In this document: positions 1 to 11,265 of the stretch, in pieces
Numbering within the stretch: the first letter of the stretch is position 1
Layout of the letters: every line of letters begins with the position of its first letter
Source of the DNA: a virus
Lineage: Duplodnaviria > Heunggongvirae > Uroviricota > Caudoviricetes
Length of the DNA: 64,000 nt
Reading direction: 5' to 3' (one strand)
IMG/VR virus record: IMGVR_UViG_3300029906_000160
The notes under the pieces: generated by a model
Database searches by the model: none
What the model saw: only the letters and a program-made list of their open reading frames with translations
Told to the model about the DNA's origin: nothing
Translations under genes and position numbers: made by a program

Positions 1-156
1 TGTATATCTTGGCATATAAACAGGCTTTGCATTCATTGTTCTATTAATAGCTCTAACTGAACCATTAGCATCAGTATAAACCATCTTTGAACTCTTTACA
101 ACAGGTGTGCTATAAACAAACTTTGCACGTGAATCTTTTCCATTAAACTCTTTCAT
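1..156 (-). CDS. hypothetical protein, 3' end truncated by window edge (starts MKEFNGKDSRAKFVYSTP)
   Basis: ATG at 154-156 on the minus strand; open frame runs to the window edge. Confidence 0.35.
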   Translation of the reverse strand, partial: MKEFNGKDSRAKFVYSTPVVKSSKMVYTDANGSVRAINRTMNAKPVYMPRYT

Positions 157-160
157 AATT

Positions 161-349
161 TTACTTTTTAAAATTAAAATAAAAAATAATAAGTATTATT
201 GATAAAATAAGATCAATTATCATTATAAAAATAAGAGGACTAAGTATCCAAAACCAAGTCCAGCAAATTACTCCAGTGATTTGGAGAACTATAAAAAGGA
301 TGGTCAATAAAATTGCTAAATTCCATCCTGTACAACCTATTCTTGCCAT
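161..349 (-). CDS. small hydrophobic membrane protein (2 predicted TM segments)
   Basis: ORF track; strongly hydrophobic 62 aa. Confidence 0.4.
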   Translation of the reverse strand: MARIGCTGWNLAILLTILFIVLQITGVICWTWFWILSPLIFIMIIDLILSIILIIFYFNFKK

Positions 350-1070
350 GTAAAATAATATGGATTATAAGTCGGAATATATTGTTCGTTGAGATAACTT
401 ACTTGGCGTACTAAAGTACCATTTTCAGATTTTTCCCAATCATGATTAGCAGAATGTAGGTGCCCGCATAAACAATATTTTACTTTCTTATTTTCTATTG
501 CTTCTCTTAAAGGTTGATTTCCTATACTATATGGCTTTTTTCCTAATTCATACCAACCAAAACATTTATCGCACAATCCGTAAGGAGCATCGTGACTTAA
601 TACAATATCACAATTTTCTGGAATTTCAGAATATTTTTCTTTAAGTGCATCATCACTTAACATATTCCACCAATTTCCAAATATTGTACAATAAGGAGTA
701 CCAAAAATCTTTAATTCTTTTATACCTTCGTCATCATCAAGATATTCAAAAGTATATTCTTGATTATGAAGATATACAGCCCTTCCTTTACATGGAGCTA
801 TTATGTTAGAATAAACACTAGGTGATTCTTCTCCCTCTTGTGCGAGATAGACGCTATGATTTCCACTTATAAATATAACTTTACTCCATACATCTTTAAA
901 TGGAAGATTAAGAACCCATGGTACAAACTCGTTTTGATACCATTTCTTTTGATAATGATGATTGTGATTTTTAGCTGGTTCAAGATCTCCAGCAAGCAAC
1001 ATTAAATCAAATGGTTTAGTTATCTCCGGTAAATGACCATGAAAATCAGAACTAGCTACTATGTCTAACA

Positions 1071-1071
<1 letters not shown>
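337..1071 (-). CDS. calcineurin-like metallophosphoesterase
   Basis: motifs SDFHGH, AGDLEP, SGNHS, SHDAPYG, CGHLH; no in-frame TGA; Trp written as TGG. Confidence 0.8.
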
Positions 1072-2696
<1,625 letters not shown>

Positions 2697-3155
2697 TTAT
2701 CCTAAATATAAATAATCTACATTTAAAGAGATCTTTTCATAGTTTCTTTTAGAGATATAATCATTTACACTATCTTCACTAGTAGAAACAAAAGCATAAT
2801 CTATATGTCCATATTCTTCAATAACAGAAGCAAGTGTCTCTCCAGTTTCAATTATATCATCAACAAAAATCACAATTCCTTCTGGTTCCTGTCTAGCGTA
2901 ATCATGATGAGTTACATGTTTACGTGATAGAATGATCTTAACATCTGTATAACCTGCATTATACAGTCCATTGATAACATAGCCACAACAAATAGCACCA
3001 GAAGTTCCGCGAGCAATTAATGTAATTGTATCTTTTTTATTAGTATTAAATAAAATTTCTAAAATTACTTTTTCTAGATAATTTGCTGCCATAATAAAGT
3101 TATTTCCAAAAATTGGATAAACAACTTCACCACATTTTAGTTTCTTAACTAACAT
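2697..3155 (-). CDS. phosphoribosyltransferase-domain protein (type I PRTase)
   Basis: PRPP-binding motif VIFVDDIIETGETL. Confidence 0.6.
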   Translation of the reverse strand: MLVKKLKCGEVVYPIFGNNFIMAANYLEKVILEILFNTNKKDTITLIARGTSGAICCGYVINGLYNAGYTDVKIILSRKHVTHHDYARQEPEGIVIFVDDIIETGETLASVIEEYGHIDYAFVSTSEDSVNDYISKRNYEKISLNVDYLYLG

Positions 3156-3158
3156 AAT

Positions 3159-3575
3159 TTAAGATTTGTATTTATTTTCAATTACAATGTATTCTTTTTT
3201 CTTAATTAAATTATTCCACAAATCAATAAACTGTTGTTCTTCTTCTGTATTTTCTCCAGTATTATATTGAATTAATTCTCCTTCAGAGGTTTCTTCAGTA
3301 ATTGTATCAGGAGTATTCCCTTCCCAAACTATTTTTTCATCATATTGAGATGCCAAAGCTTGATAAACTGGAGATTCCTGTAAAGTTTCTTTAACAAGAT
3401 CTGCAGACATTCTAATAATTGATTCTTTAGATGAATTTAAGATACTCATAAGAATTGTAGAAATAGTACTAACTAGATCTTGTGCAGAATTAACAGGATG
3501 TTCGTTTATTAAATCATGAAAAATTTCAAGGATTGATTCTCTTTCTTCTGGAGATACTTCTAAGTGTATTTTCAT
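3159..3575 (-). CDS. acidic hypothetical protein
   Basis: ORF track; 138 aa, translationally coupled to neighbours. Confidence 0.5.
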   Translation of the reverse strand: MKIHLEVSPEERESILEIFHDLINEHPVNSAQDLVSTISTILMSILNSSKESIIRMSADLVKETLQESPVYQALASQYDEKIVWEGNTPDTITEETSEGELIQYNTGENTEEEQQFIDLWNNLIKKKEYIVIENKYKS

Positions 3576-4696
3576 TAGAATCCAATTTTCTTTTTAGTTT
3601 CTTGTGATTTATAATTATCAGATATTTCTGAATTATATATTTCGGCAAGAGTCATTTCTTTTATTTCTGGGAGATTAAGTTTATATTTCTTATTAAGAGC
3701 TGCAACCTTTTCTTTACAAAGTGGTCTAAACTCATAATTTGCATAACAACGACCTTTACGAAGAAGAGCTTGATCAATCTTATTTATATCTGCATTAAAT
3801 GTACAGATAAACTTAATATTAAATATATCAGATAATAAACCATCTGACATATTAAGAATATTTGCTATTGCTCCACCAAAAGTATTTTCTGATCGCTCCA
3901 TAAGAATCTGTTCACAGTCTTCCAAAATAAATATAGAATCTTTATGTTCCAACATAAATGCTATAAATTCTGGTTGTGCTAGATGTCCTGCGATCGCATT
4001 AGTAACAACTATGTATTCTTTTGGATGTTGTGATAGCAAATGACGAATCATTGTTGTTTTCCCTGAACCAATCTCCCCACGCATGACAATTAAGCCTGAT
4101 TCCCGTTGATCTAAGAACTTTATAATATCATCGTATACTGGAAGAAAGTCATCATTATAATTTTCTTCTATACGAGCATCAGTTGGCTTAACTTTAGAAG
4201 TAATTGTGTAATAATCTCGTCCATCATACGCGATCAATTTAACTTCTGCTTCTTGAGGTTTCTCTTCTTTAAATGGAAGTTTAGATACAAGATCTTTTAT
4301 CTGTTCGTTAAGCTGTTCTATATCGCATATAAAGAATGCAGAAATACTTCCAGATTTAATTTCCCAAAGAATGTCGTCATTAAAAACACAAATTCCAAGA
4401 TCTTGATAATGACCATCAATATAAATATCTTCATCTAATTCTGGTTCTTCATCATCTCTATGAACTTCTTCTTCAACAGCACTTGTTTTTAATTCTGTTT
4501 TAGTTCTTGTAGACCAAACTTCTTTATGATTTGGAAATATCTCTTTAATTAAATCATCTGTAATTTTATCTACATCTACTTCTCTTCCATCAAAAGCATA
4601 TAAAAAAGTACTTGGAATAGCACCCATCTTTTGCATATAAAAAGCAGACTTAGATAAATTACCATAACTATTTAAACATTTTGTGTAATCTATCAT
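3575..4696 (-). CDS. AAA+ ATPase
   Basis: Walker A GEIGSGKTT, Walker B IFILEDCEQ, sensor/arginine-finger-like RKGRCYANYEF. Confidence 0.75.
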   Translation of the reverse strand: MIDYTKCLNSYGNLSKSAFYMQKMGAIPSTFLYAFDGREVDVDKITDDLIKEIFPNHKEVWSTRTKTELKTSAVEEEVHRDDEEPELDEDIYIDGHYQDLGICVFNDDILWEIKSGSISAFFICDIEQLNEQIKDLVSKLPFKEEKPQEAEVKLIAYDGRDYYTITSKVKPTDARIEENYNDDFLPVYDDIIKFLDQRESGLIVMRGEIGSGKTTMIRHLLSQHPKEYIVVTNAIAGHLAQPEFIAFMLEHKDSIFILEDCEQILMERSENTFGGAIANILNMSDGLLSDIFNIKFICTFNADINKIDQALLRKGRCYANYEFRPLCKEKVAALNKKYKLNLPEIKEMTLAEIYNSEISDNYKSQETKKKIGF

Positions 4697-4962
4697 ATTA
4701 ATTTTTATTAAAGAAAAAACTCTTTTATATTCACTATTAACTGAAATAAATTTATTATTGGAATAATAGACATTAACATTAATACGTTTGCTGTTAGTAA
4801 GTCTATCCTTCCATTAGAATATTCTCTATTTGTAAACCATGCGTTTAATAAACATGGAATAATATAAAACATACAAAAATAAAACATAATAAGATAATTT
4901 AAGCCTTATTTCAGGCTAGAGTTAACTTAACCTTAAAATAAGGCTGAAAATGTATCATAATT

Positions 4963-5052
4963 GTCTTAGAGCAGGAGCTGAACGGGTCGAACGCTCACCT
5001 GAGGCTTTGGAGGCCCCCTTTACGGTTTTGAAGACCGCTGTGCTACCATTAC
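4963..5052 (-). tRNA. tRNA with anticodon UCA (reads UGA); tRNA-Trp-like backbone; atypical 25-nt variable region
   Basis: acceptor GGAGCUU/AGCUCC; D-arm UAGUGUAAUGGUAGCAC; anticodon arm GCGGU-CUUCAAA-ACCGU (E. coli tRNA-Trp has ..GGUCUCCAAAACCG..); T-arm GAGCG-UUCGACC-CGUUC; 90 nt. Confidence 0.6.
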
Positions 5053-5168
5053 ACTAAGCTCCTATTAAAATAAAGAACTCTCTATTTGCTTAGATTTATA
5101 ATCTCTCTAAATATTTGTTCTTTTAATTTCTAATACAAATATATAAAGAAATTTTTAATCTTACAAAT

Positions 5169-5630
5169 TTATTTTTGAGAGTTCGAATCGGAAAAGAATG
5201 CAATTACTTTATCAGTAATTTCGTCGGTTAAACCAGTTTCATAATCAATTCCAAAGAATGGTTGACCTGGAATCATATCTGTACGATCATCGATTATACA
5301 CCATCGATCATCTTTAGTTAAATGTTGATCTACCCAATTCTGAATTTCTTTACCACGACTTAATTCTTTTGGAGAAAAGATACTCATTTCAGTACGACCA
5401 ATAATTACACCAGTTAAGCCAGCAGTATATAGTCTTTTACAAGAACAGTTAAAATCGTATCTCCAATCTGAAGACATAACAAGATATGCCCCTGTTTCAG
5501 AGCATATCCTGTTTAGCCTTTCAATACATTTTGGATCTAGATCCTCGTCTATTGCGTTTGGATGATATGATTGATACCAAGTCTCAGAATTAAGAGTTCC
5601 ATCAATATCGAACATAATAAAATTAGCCAT
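5169..5630 (-). CDS. HAD-superfamily hydrolase/phosphatase
   Basis: N-terminal FDIDGTL (DxDGT motif). Confidence 0.55.
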   Translation of the reverse strand: MANFIMFDIDGTLNSETWYQSYHPNAIDEDLDPKCIERLNRICSETGAYLVMSSDWRYDFNCSCKRLYTAGLTGVIIGRTEMSIFSPKELSRGKEIQNWVDQHLTKDDRWCIIDDRTDMIPGQPFFGIDYETGLTDEITDKVIAFFSDSNSQK

Positions 5631-6430
5631 TATATAAACTTATAAAATTCAGCAGATTCAAGTTTGGCATAATCTCTTAGTTCTTGCTCAAAATAAGGAA
5701 GTATATACTGTGCTACTTTTTGTCGCATCCAAGCTGGAACTCCTCCGTAATAAGCTTCGGCGATAGATCCTGCAATAGCAGCTTGAGTATCTGCATCTCC
5801 TCCAAGACTAATAGCAAGTTTAATCGTCTCTTCGTATGAACGACCTTCAAGAAAACATAAAATTGCTTCTGGTACTGAACCTTGACATGTGGCATCAAAT
5901 TTATAATCTGATCGTATATCATCAAGTTTTCTCTCAAGATTATATCCAAAATTATTAATAATATACGCCTTTATATAATTCTTTGTCTGTCCAATACGAG
6001 CGAGATAAATAGCAGATGCTGTAGCTTGAGCACCCTTTATTCCTTCTGGATCATTATGTGTACATTCAGCAGTAATCTTAGCATCTTTCATTACATCTCT
6101 AAGACAATGATTCATCCAAGCTACTGGAGAAACCCTCATTGCTGAACCATTACCGAATGAACCATAAGCTCCCATTTTAGGATCTACAAGCCACTTTCTA
6201 AACATTCCACCATATCCTACTTTTGGATATTTAAGGCCATACCAACGATAATAAGTTTCTATAGGGCTCTTTTTACCATCAACATACCATTTCATAGTAG
6301 CGATAGTCATTACTGTATCATCAGTAAATTTAGATCCTGGCTGAAACAAAAATGGATTTTTAGATTTAGTTCTATGATCTCCAAATTCGTAATAAGATCC
6401 GCAAACATCACCTATAATTGCTCCGTACAT
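5630..6430 (-). CDS. ADP-ribosylglycohydrolase (DraG/ARH family)
   Basis: family-typical glycine/acidic-rich signatures; C-terminal GGDADTQAAIAGSIAEAYYG. Confidence 0.8.
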   Translation of the reverse strand: MYGAIIGDVCGSYYEFGDHRTKSKNPFLFQPGSKFTDDTVMTIATMKWYVDGKKSPIETYYRWYGLKYPKVGYGGMFRKWLVDPKMGAYGSFGNGSAMRVSPVAWMNHCLRDVMKDAKITAECTHNDPEGIKGAQATASAIYLARIGQTKNYIKAYIINNFGYNLERKLDDIRSDYKFDATCQGSVPEAILCFLEGRSYEETIKLAISLGGDADTQAAIAGSIAEAYYGGVPAWMRQKVAQYILPYFEQELRDYAKLESAEFYKFI

Positions 6431-6437
6431 AATTTAA

Positions 6438-7118
6438 TTATTTATAATAAGCATTAAATGAACTTGCACTTATTTGTTCTATATGTGCGTTTTTTCTAAA
6501 TTCTTCAAGAGTTCTTGAATTACAGTAAGACATTGCTGAACGAAAATAACTAATAAAATTGTCACACCATCCAGCTAAAGTATATTTAATAGGAACAAGA
6601 GTTTCTATTCCTTCTGCTGTTTTTGTTGCTTCTCCACTTATTTCTGTTTGAGCTCTTTTTGTAGACATTCCATAATACTTACGTACTCTTTCGCCATTAT
6701 GATTAAATATAACTTTTCCACAAGCTTCTTCACTCATAGCAAATATCTTACCCAACATTACATAATCAGCACCAATTGCAAGAGCTTTGATTATTTGATC
6801 AAAATTAGAGAATCCTCCATCTGCAACTATTTTTGGAATAGATCTATAAGGACTGTAATAAATATATTTTTCTCCATCACAATTTTTTCGTTCTTTTCCA
6901 TTATACTCAGTTGAAACACTTACTGTATTCTTATGAAAAACTAATTTCTGAAGTAAAGAAACCATTGGATAATGAATACTCGAATTTGCCGAAGTAGTAC
7001 AATTGTGAACAACAAAATCATTAGCGATATATTGATGCTCTTTTTCAACTTCAATATCAAAAACCTCTGTAGATTGATACTTAATTTCTACAGAGGTTAT
7101 TTCTACAAAATTAATCAT
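6438..7118 (-). CDS. C-terminal split-intein half (IntC, 39 aa) fused to the C-extein of an IMPDH/GMP-reductase family enzyme
   Basis: N-term MINFVEITSVEIKYQSTEVFDIEVEKEHQYIANDFVVHN (intein blocks F/G ending HN) followed by CTTSAN (IMPDH catalytic-loop remainder); ADGGF..KALAIGADYVMLG TIM-barrel motifs. Confidence 0.8.
   Translation of the reverse strand: MINFVEITSVEIKYQSTEVFDIEVEKEHQYIANDFVVHNCTTSANSSIHYPMVSLLQKLVFHKNTVSVSTEYNGKERKNCDGEKYIYYSPYRSIPKIVADGGFSNFDQIIKALAIGADYVMLGKIFAMSEEACGKVIFNHNGERVRKYYGMSTKRAQTEISGEATKTAEGIETLVPIKYTLAGWCDNFISYFRSAMSYCNSRTLEEFRKNAHIEQISASSFNAYYK
7002..7118 (-). other. IntC split-intein segment
   Basis: blocks F and G; terminal Asn followed by +1 Cys. Confidence 0.7.
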
Positions 7119-8160
7119 ACATTAATTGTCTTATTTTATTTATTGTTTCTGGATTTTTAATATCATCTTTAGTTAAACGTAAAAATTTATATCCATTATC
7201 TTTAGCAAACTGTTCTTTTAATTGATCCCTTTCTTTTTCATCCTCTTTATGATATTTTCCTGTAGAATCATATTCGATTAAAACAGTTTTATTTATAAAG
7301 TAATCATAAATAACATATCCATCACTTAATTCAAACTTTTTTCCAAGTATAATTAAGTTTCCAATTTCAGGAAAATAAAATTTTAAAACTTGATAAAATT
7401 CAAATTCTTCATTAGAGTGAAGACCATAAGATAAATAAATATCTATTTCATCGCCATACAATCGTTTAAGATTTTTATAAACAGTTTCAGCAGATTTGGT
7501 TATTTTTTCATCATGTTTTTCGTTATAATATTTAACTAAAGAATGAATTGTATATTTTTGTGGATTTGCTTTAATCAAAAGATACATCCATGTATATGAA
7601 TTATTAGATTCTGTTTCGATAAAACCTTTACTCTCTACAACAAAATTATATCGATAAAAATCAGTTAATTCTGTGATTTCTTTTTCTGTACAAATTTCTA
7701 AAGCAATTCATACTTTTTTAAGAGTTCTTTTATCTATATTATATTGTTTTGCTACATCTATTAAAGGAGTTTCTTTATTAGAAAACATTTGAAAAGCTTC
7801 TGTAAAAGTTTTTTCATCATAACGATTCTTATACCATTGTTTTACATCAAAAGTATTCTTTAAAGATGGCTTTATTTTTTCTTTTATTTCTTGATTCGCT
7901 TGCTTAAGCATCCGCCCCATACAAGAATCTGTAGCATATTTATTAAATTCCCAACGCTTTCCTCCCGTACGTAAATGTAACGGATTTCCACAACCACAAG
8001 GGCATATAGGATGAACTCCGTTGTATCAAAATTTAACAATATAATCTTCTAATTCCATTTGATGATCTATTTTAATATGAGATCTCAATTTTGCTTTACA
8101 TGAACTTTCTTTTTCATATGTAAATTCTTTACCACAAATTTCGCATTTCAATGTTACCAT
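7111..8160 (-). CDS. free-standing homing endonuclease: N-terminal Zn-finger plus C-terminal Vsr/PD-(D/E)xK-like domain; 2 in-frame TGA read as Trp
   Basis: continuous 349-codon frame once TGA is sense (joins track ORFs 7111-7587 and 7708-7920 plus 7921-8160); CEICGKEF..CPCGCG; C-term VIYDYFINKTVLIEYDSTGKYH..DQLKEQFAKDNGYKFLRL. Confidence 0.65.
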
Positions 8161-8255
8161 ATTTTTAAAATTTTATAAGTTATACAATGTGCTATAGTTG
8201 TACCTCAACTACTAATACAAAAATAAGTATAAAATTTTAAAAATACAAATAAATG

Positions 8256-9047
8256 TTACACAATTTTATCCTCTACCAATAAATATTCAGAAGTTAAATT
8301 TTTTGCTTCAATATAAAAAGAATACTCAGATAAATTATTTTCTGTTACTTTATCTTTGTCTTTTTTATTTATAACAAGAAATTTATGATCTGGAGTACAT
8401 TTTATTTTATTATTTATCATTATTGTAGAATCGGTTGTCTTTTTAAAAGTAGAAACTACTTTTTGATTTCCAAAAATGGTTTTTACTTGTTCTCCAACAT
8501 CAATATCTTCGATATTCTTTTTCGTTCCATTTGCCATTGTAACTTTTGTTCCAGCAACAAAACAGCAACTTCCACCACCAATTCCACAACGAACATAGTC
8601 TATTCCTGCTCTAGCATATTCAAAATATGTATCTGGATTAGCTATATTACCCGCCATTATCTTAATCTCATCTCCGAACTTTTCTTTAGCTTGTTTACAG
8701 AGATTAAGAAGCCTCTTCATATGACCATTAGCTATATCTACACAAACATAGATAGTTTGAATTGGATGATAAAAATCAATCAATCTTTCAAATTCAGATA
8801 AAGATACAGCTATAAAAGTTTTATTAGATAAATCTAGTCTAGTTTCCCAATTAACTGACCTTGGAATAATAGTATTTATCTTATTATCTTGAAACATCTT
8901 CCAGTTATTTTCATCTATAACTGAGGTCATAGGCGCAGTAAATAATGGAAGCATACCATTATCCAAATAAGGATTACATTCACTTCTATGTTCTATTTCA
9001 GAAATGTCTGCTGGAACAAGACAAATGTCGTTAAATGAAAGTAACAT
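8256..9047 (-). CDS. N-extein of an IMPDH/GMP-reductase family enzyme (161 aa) fused to N-terminal split-intein half (IntN, 102 aa)
   Basis: ..YVRCGIGGGSC|CFVAGTKVTMANG (intein block A starting with Cys); block B CTPDHKF; ends with TAA. Confidence 0.8.
   Translation of the reverse strand: MLLSFNDICLVPADISEIEHRSECNPYLDNGMLPLFTAPMTSVIDENNWKMFQDNKINTIIPRSVNWETRLDLSNKTFIAVSLSEFERLIDFYHPIQTIYVCVDIANGHMKRLLNLCKQAKEKFGDEIKIMAGNIANPDTYFEYARAGIDYVRCGIGGGSCCFVAGTKVTMANGTKKNIEDIDVGEQVKTIFGNQKVVSTFKKTTDSTIMINNKIKCTPDHKFLVINKKDKDKVTENNLSEYSFYIEAKNLTSEYLLVEDKIV
8259..8564 (-). other. IntN split-intein segment
   Basis: blocks A (CFVAG) and B (TPDH) located in the last 102 codons. Confidence 0.7.
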
Positions 9048-9788
9048 TTTAAATAACTTTTCTAATTTATATTAATAAAAAATTTTGGATAATTTTATTA
9101 TGTATCTTCTTCATAATAAAACGACAAATATTGTAAAGCACGATGTATTCAATTGCATATATTATTTGTTCCAACTCTATAAGTGGATCTTGAATAAAAA
9201 TCTTTTGGATACGGAACACCTAGATAACGCACATCTTTTGTTTTTACTCCTATTTGAGAATTAACATATTCTTCCATTTCAGGAGTAAATCCATCTAATT
9301 CTATTTTAATTTTAAATGGACCTAATTCTTTATTTATTTCCACAAGTTAAAGATTTTATATTTTCTATATATACTCTAACAGAGTCATTAATTAAAAAAC
9401 AACCATATCTATCACTCCATTTAATAGAAGTAGTACGACGATCTCCAATTCTATATTTACGACCATCAAAAGTAATTATCTCTGCTATCATACACATATA
9501 AATTTTATTTTTTAACGTAAATAACCCTAACCAATTCTTTAATTGGAATTATAATAAATTCTGATAAATCATGAAATACTAATGTAATTAAAGTATCATT
9601 CTCTTCATATACCAGCCAATTCTTTTCTCCAATATAATAAAGAGTATCTTTAGTTACAATTCTATCTATTCTATAATTAGATTTATCAAAATTTGGTATA
9701 TCGTAAATCATAATAAAAAAATAAGCTCCCAGTTTATTTACTGAGAGCCTTGTGTATTAACTGTTTAATTCTTGTATAAATCTAATCA

Positions 9789-10358
9789 TTATATAACTTG
9801 CATATGAAGTCCCTTCATTATGTCAAGTGTTTTTTGATGCATTTCTGGATCATTAGATGCACAGCAATCACTATGTACTATAATTTCAGAACGAGTAAAC
9901 AAATTCTGAAAATTTAAAGCAACAGATAGAACACACATATTTGTTACAACTCCGCAGATATGGATTTCATATTCAGAATTTGGATCTAAACCAAATGGAC
10001 TTGCTAGTTTAAGACAATCATTTAAATTCCGAAAACCAAAAGCATCAACTTTAGCTATTTCACCAACCCGAACATTATCTACAAACTTTTTTAGTTCAGG
10101 AATTAGATTCCATCCTTCAGTTCCATATAAACAATGTGGAATTGGAAGATGTCGACCCTCTCTAGTTTGTGTGTATGTAGTATCACTATGTGTATCTAAA
10201 GTAAATATAACTGAAAGATTATCATCTACAAATTCATTTACTAGTTTAACAACATTAGGAACTATTGCTTTTGTATACTCATTACCAAGAACATTGTCGT
10301 TTATTAAAAAATCTTGCTGCATATCAACCACAACAAGAAATTTATTCTTTGTACTCAT
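9789..10358 (-). CDS. isochorismatase-family cysteine hydrolase (nicotinamidase PncA-like)
   Basis: VVVDMQQDF and catalytic-Cys motif CGVVTNMCV. Confidence 0.75.
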   Translation of the reverse strand: MSTKNKFLVVVDMQQDFLINDNVLGNEYTKAIVPNVVKLVNEFVDDNLSVIFTLDTHSDTTYTQTREGRHLPIPHCLYGTEGWNLIPELKKFVDNVRVGEIAKVDAFGFRNLNDCLKLASPFGLDPNSEYEIHICGVVTNMCVLSVALNFQNLFTRSEIIVHSDCCASNDPEMHQKTLDIMKGLHMQVI

Positions 10359-10722
10359 ATTTATTTAAATATAATGTTTTATTATTAAATTTAATTATTG
10401 ATCGAGTATATGGACGAGTTATTGGAATAACTGTTTCCACATATTTAGTTTCAGGAGTATCATAACATACAATTAATCTATTTTTAAATACTCCAGATAT
10501 CCATCCATTATAAAAAATATTATCTATTACAATTATTACATCATCATATAAGCTAATATTTTCTAATGTTTTATGATCTTTTATTTGTGGTTCTTCTTTA
10601 ATCCTCTTCCTCGTAAATAAACTCTTTATTTTTTCTACGAGATTCATTCTTTTTATGTTTTTTACTTGGATTTGATTTGTGTTTTTTAATTTTTTGAACT
10701 GTCGGCTGATAATCATCTTCAT
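10342..10722 (-). CDS. hypothetical protein
   Basis: ORF track. Confidence 0.45.
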   Translation of the reverse strand: MKMIISRQFKKLKNTNQIQVKNIKRMNLVEKIKSLFTRKRIKEEPQIKDHKTLENISLYDDVIIVIDNIFYNGWISGVFKNRLIVCYDTPETKYVETVIPITRPYTRSIIKFNNKTLYLNKYEYKE

Positions 10723-10864
10723 TTTCTTCCAGCCAATCCATTCTAAATTTTCCCATTTTGGAAATTAAAGAAAAATTAAATAGTTAAACTTAAGTAATAA
10801 AAATGTTGCTTCAACGTGTTGATTTAAAAGATCAATGTTTTAATAAGATTATAAGCAACATTAG

Positions 10865-10937
10865 TGGAACTTTAGGGATTCGAACCCTAACTCTTAGAAT
10901 GCAAATCTAAAGTGCTAACCATTATCACTAAAGCCCC
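10865..10937 (-). tRNA. tRNA-Ala (UGC)
   Basis: cloverleaf by hand; G3:U70; anticodon loop UUUGCAU; T-arm GGGUUCGAAUCCC. Confidence 0.7.
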
Positions 10938-11035
10938 ATAACATTAAATATTTAAATTAAAAATTAAAGAATTGATACTAAATGCCGCTACATACGAATT
11001 ATCAAATTCCATTTATAGTATTATAAGTATCAAGA

Positions 11036-11109
11036 GAGCAGCATAGGTGAATCGAACACCCATATTCAGATTGGAAGTCTGACATAATAACCGTTATACT
11101 AATGCTGCT
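11036..11109 (-). tRNA. tRNA-Gly (UCC)
   Basis: acceptor AGCAGCA/UGCUGCU; anticodon loop CUUCCAA; T-arm GGUGUUCGAUUCACC. Confidence 0.7.
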
Positions 11110-11185
11110 AATAATAGAAAGGCTTAGGACTTCTTTTGGTAAGTTTTACTCAGGATCCTGGAGATTTTCCCTTTCCTTTCTATTG

Positions 11186-11258
11186 AGCCTTCTGTCGGAA
11201 TCGAACCAACAACCTGAACTTTACAAAAGTCCTGCTCTGCCTATTGAGCTAAGAAGGC
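11186..11258 (-). tRNA. tRNA-Thr (UGU)
   Basis: acceptor GCCUUCU/AGAAGGC; D-arm UAGCUCAAUAGGCAGAGCA; anticodon loop UUUGUAA. Confidence 0.7.
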
Positions 11259-11265
11259 GTATCTA

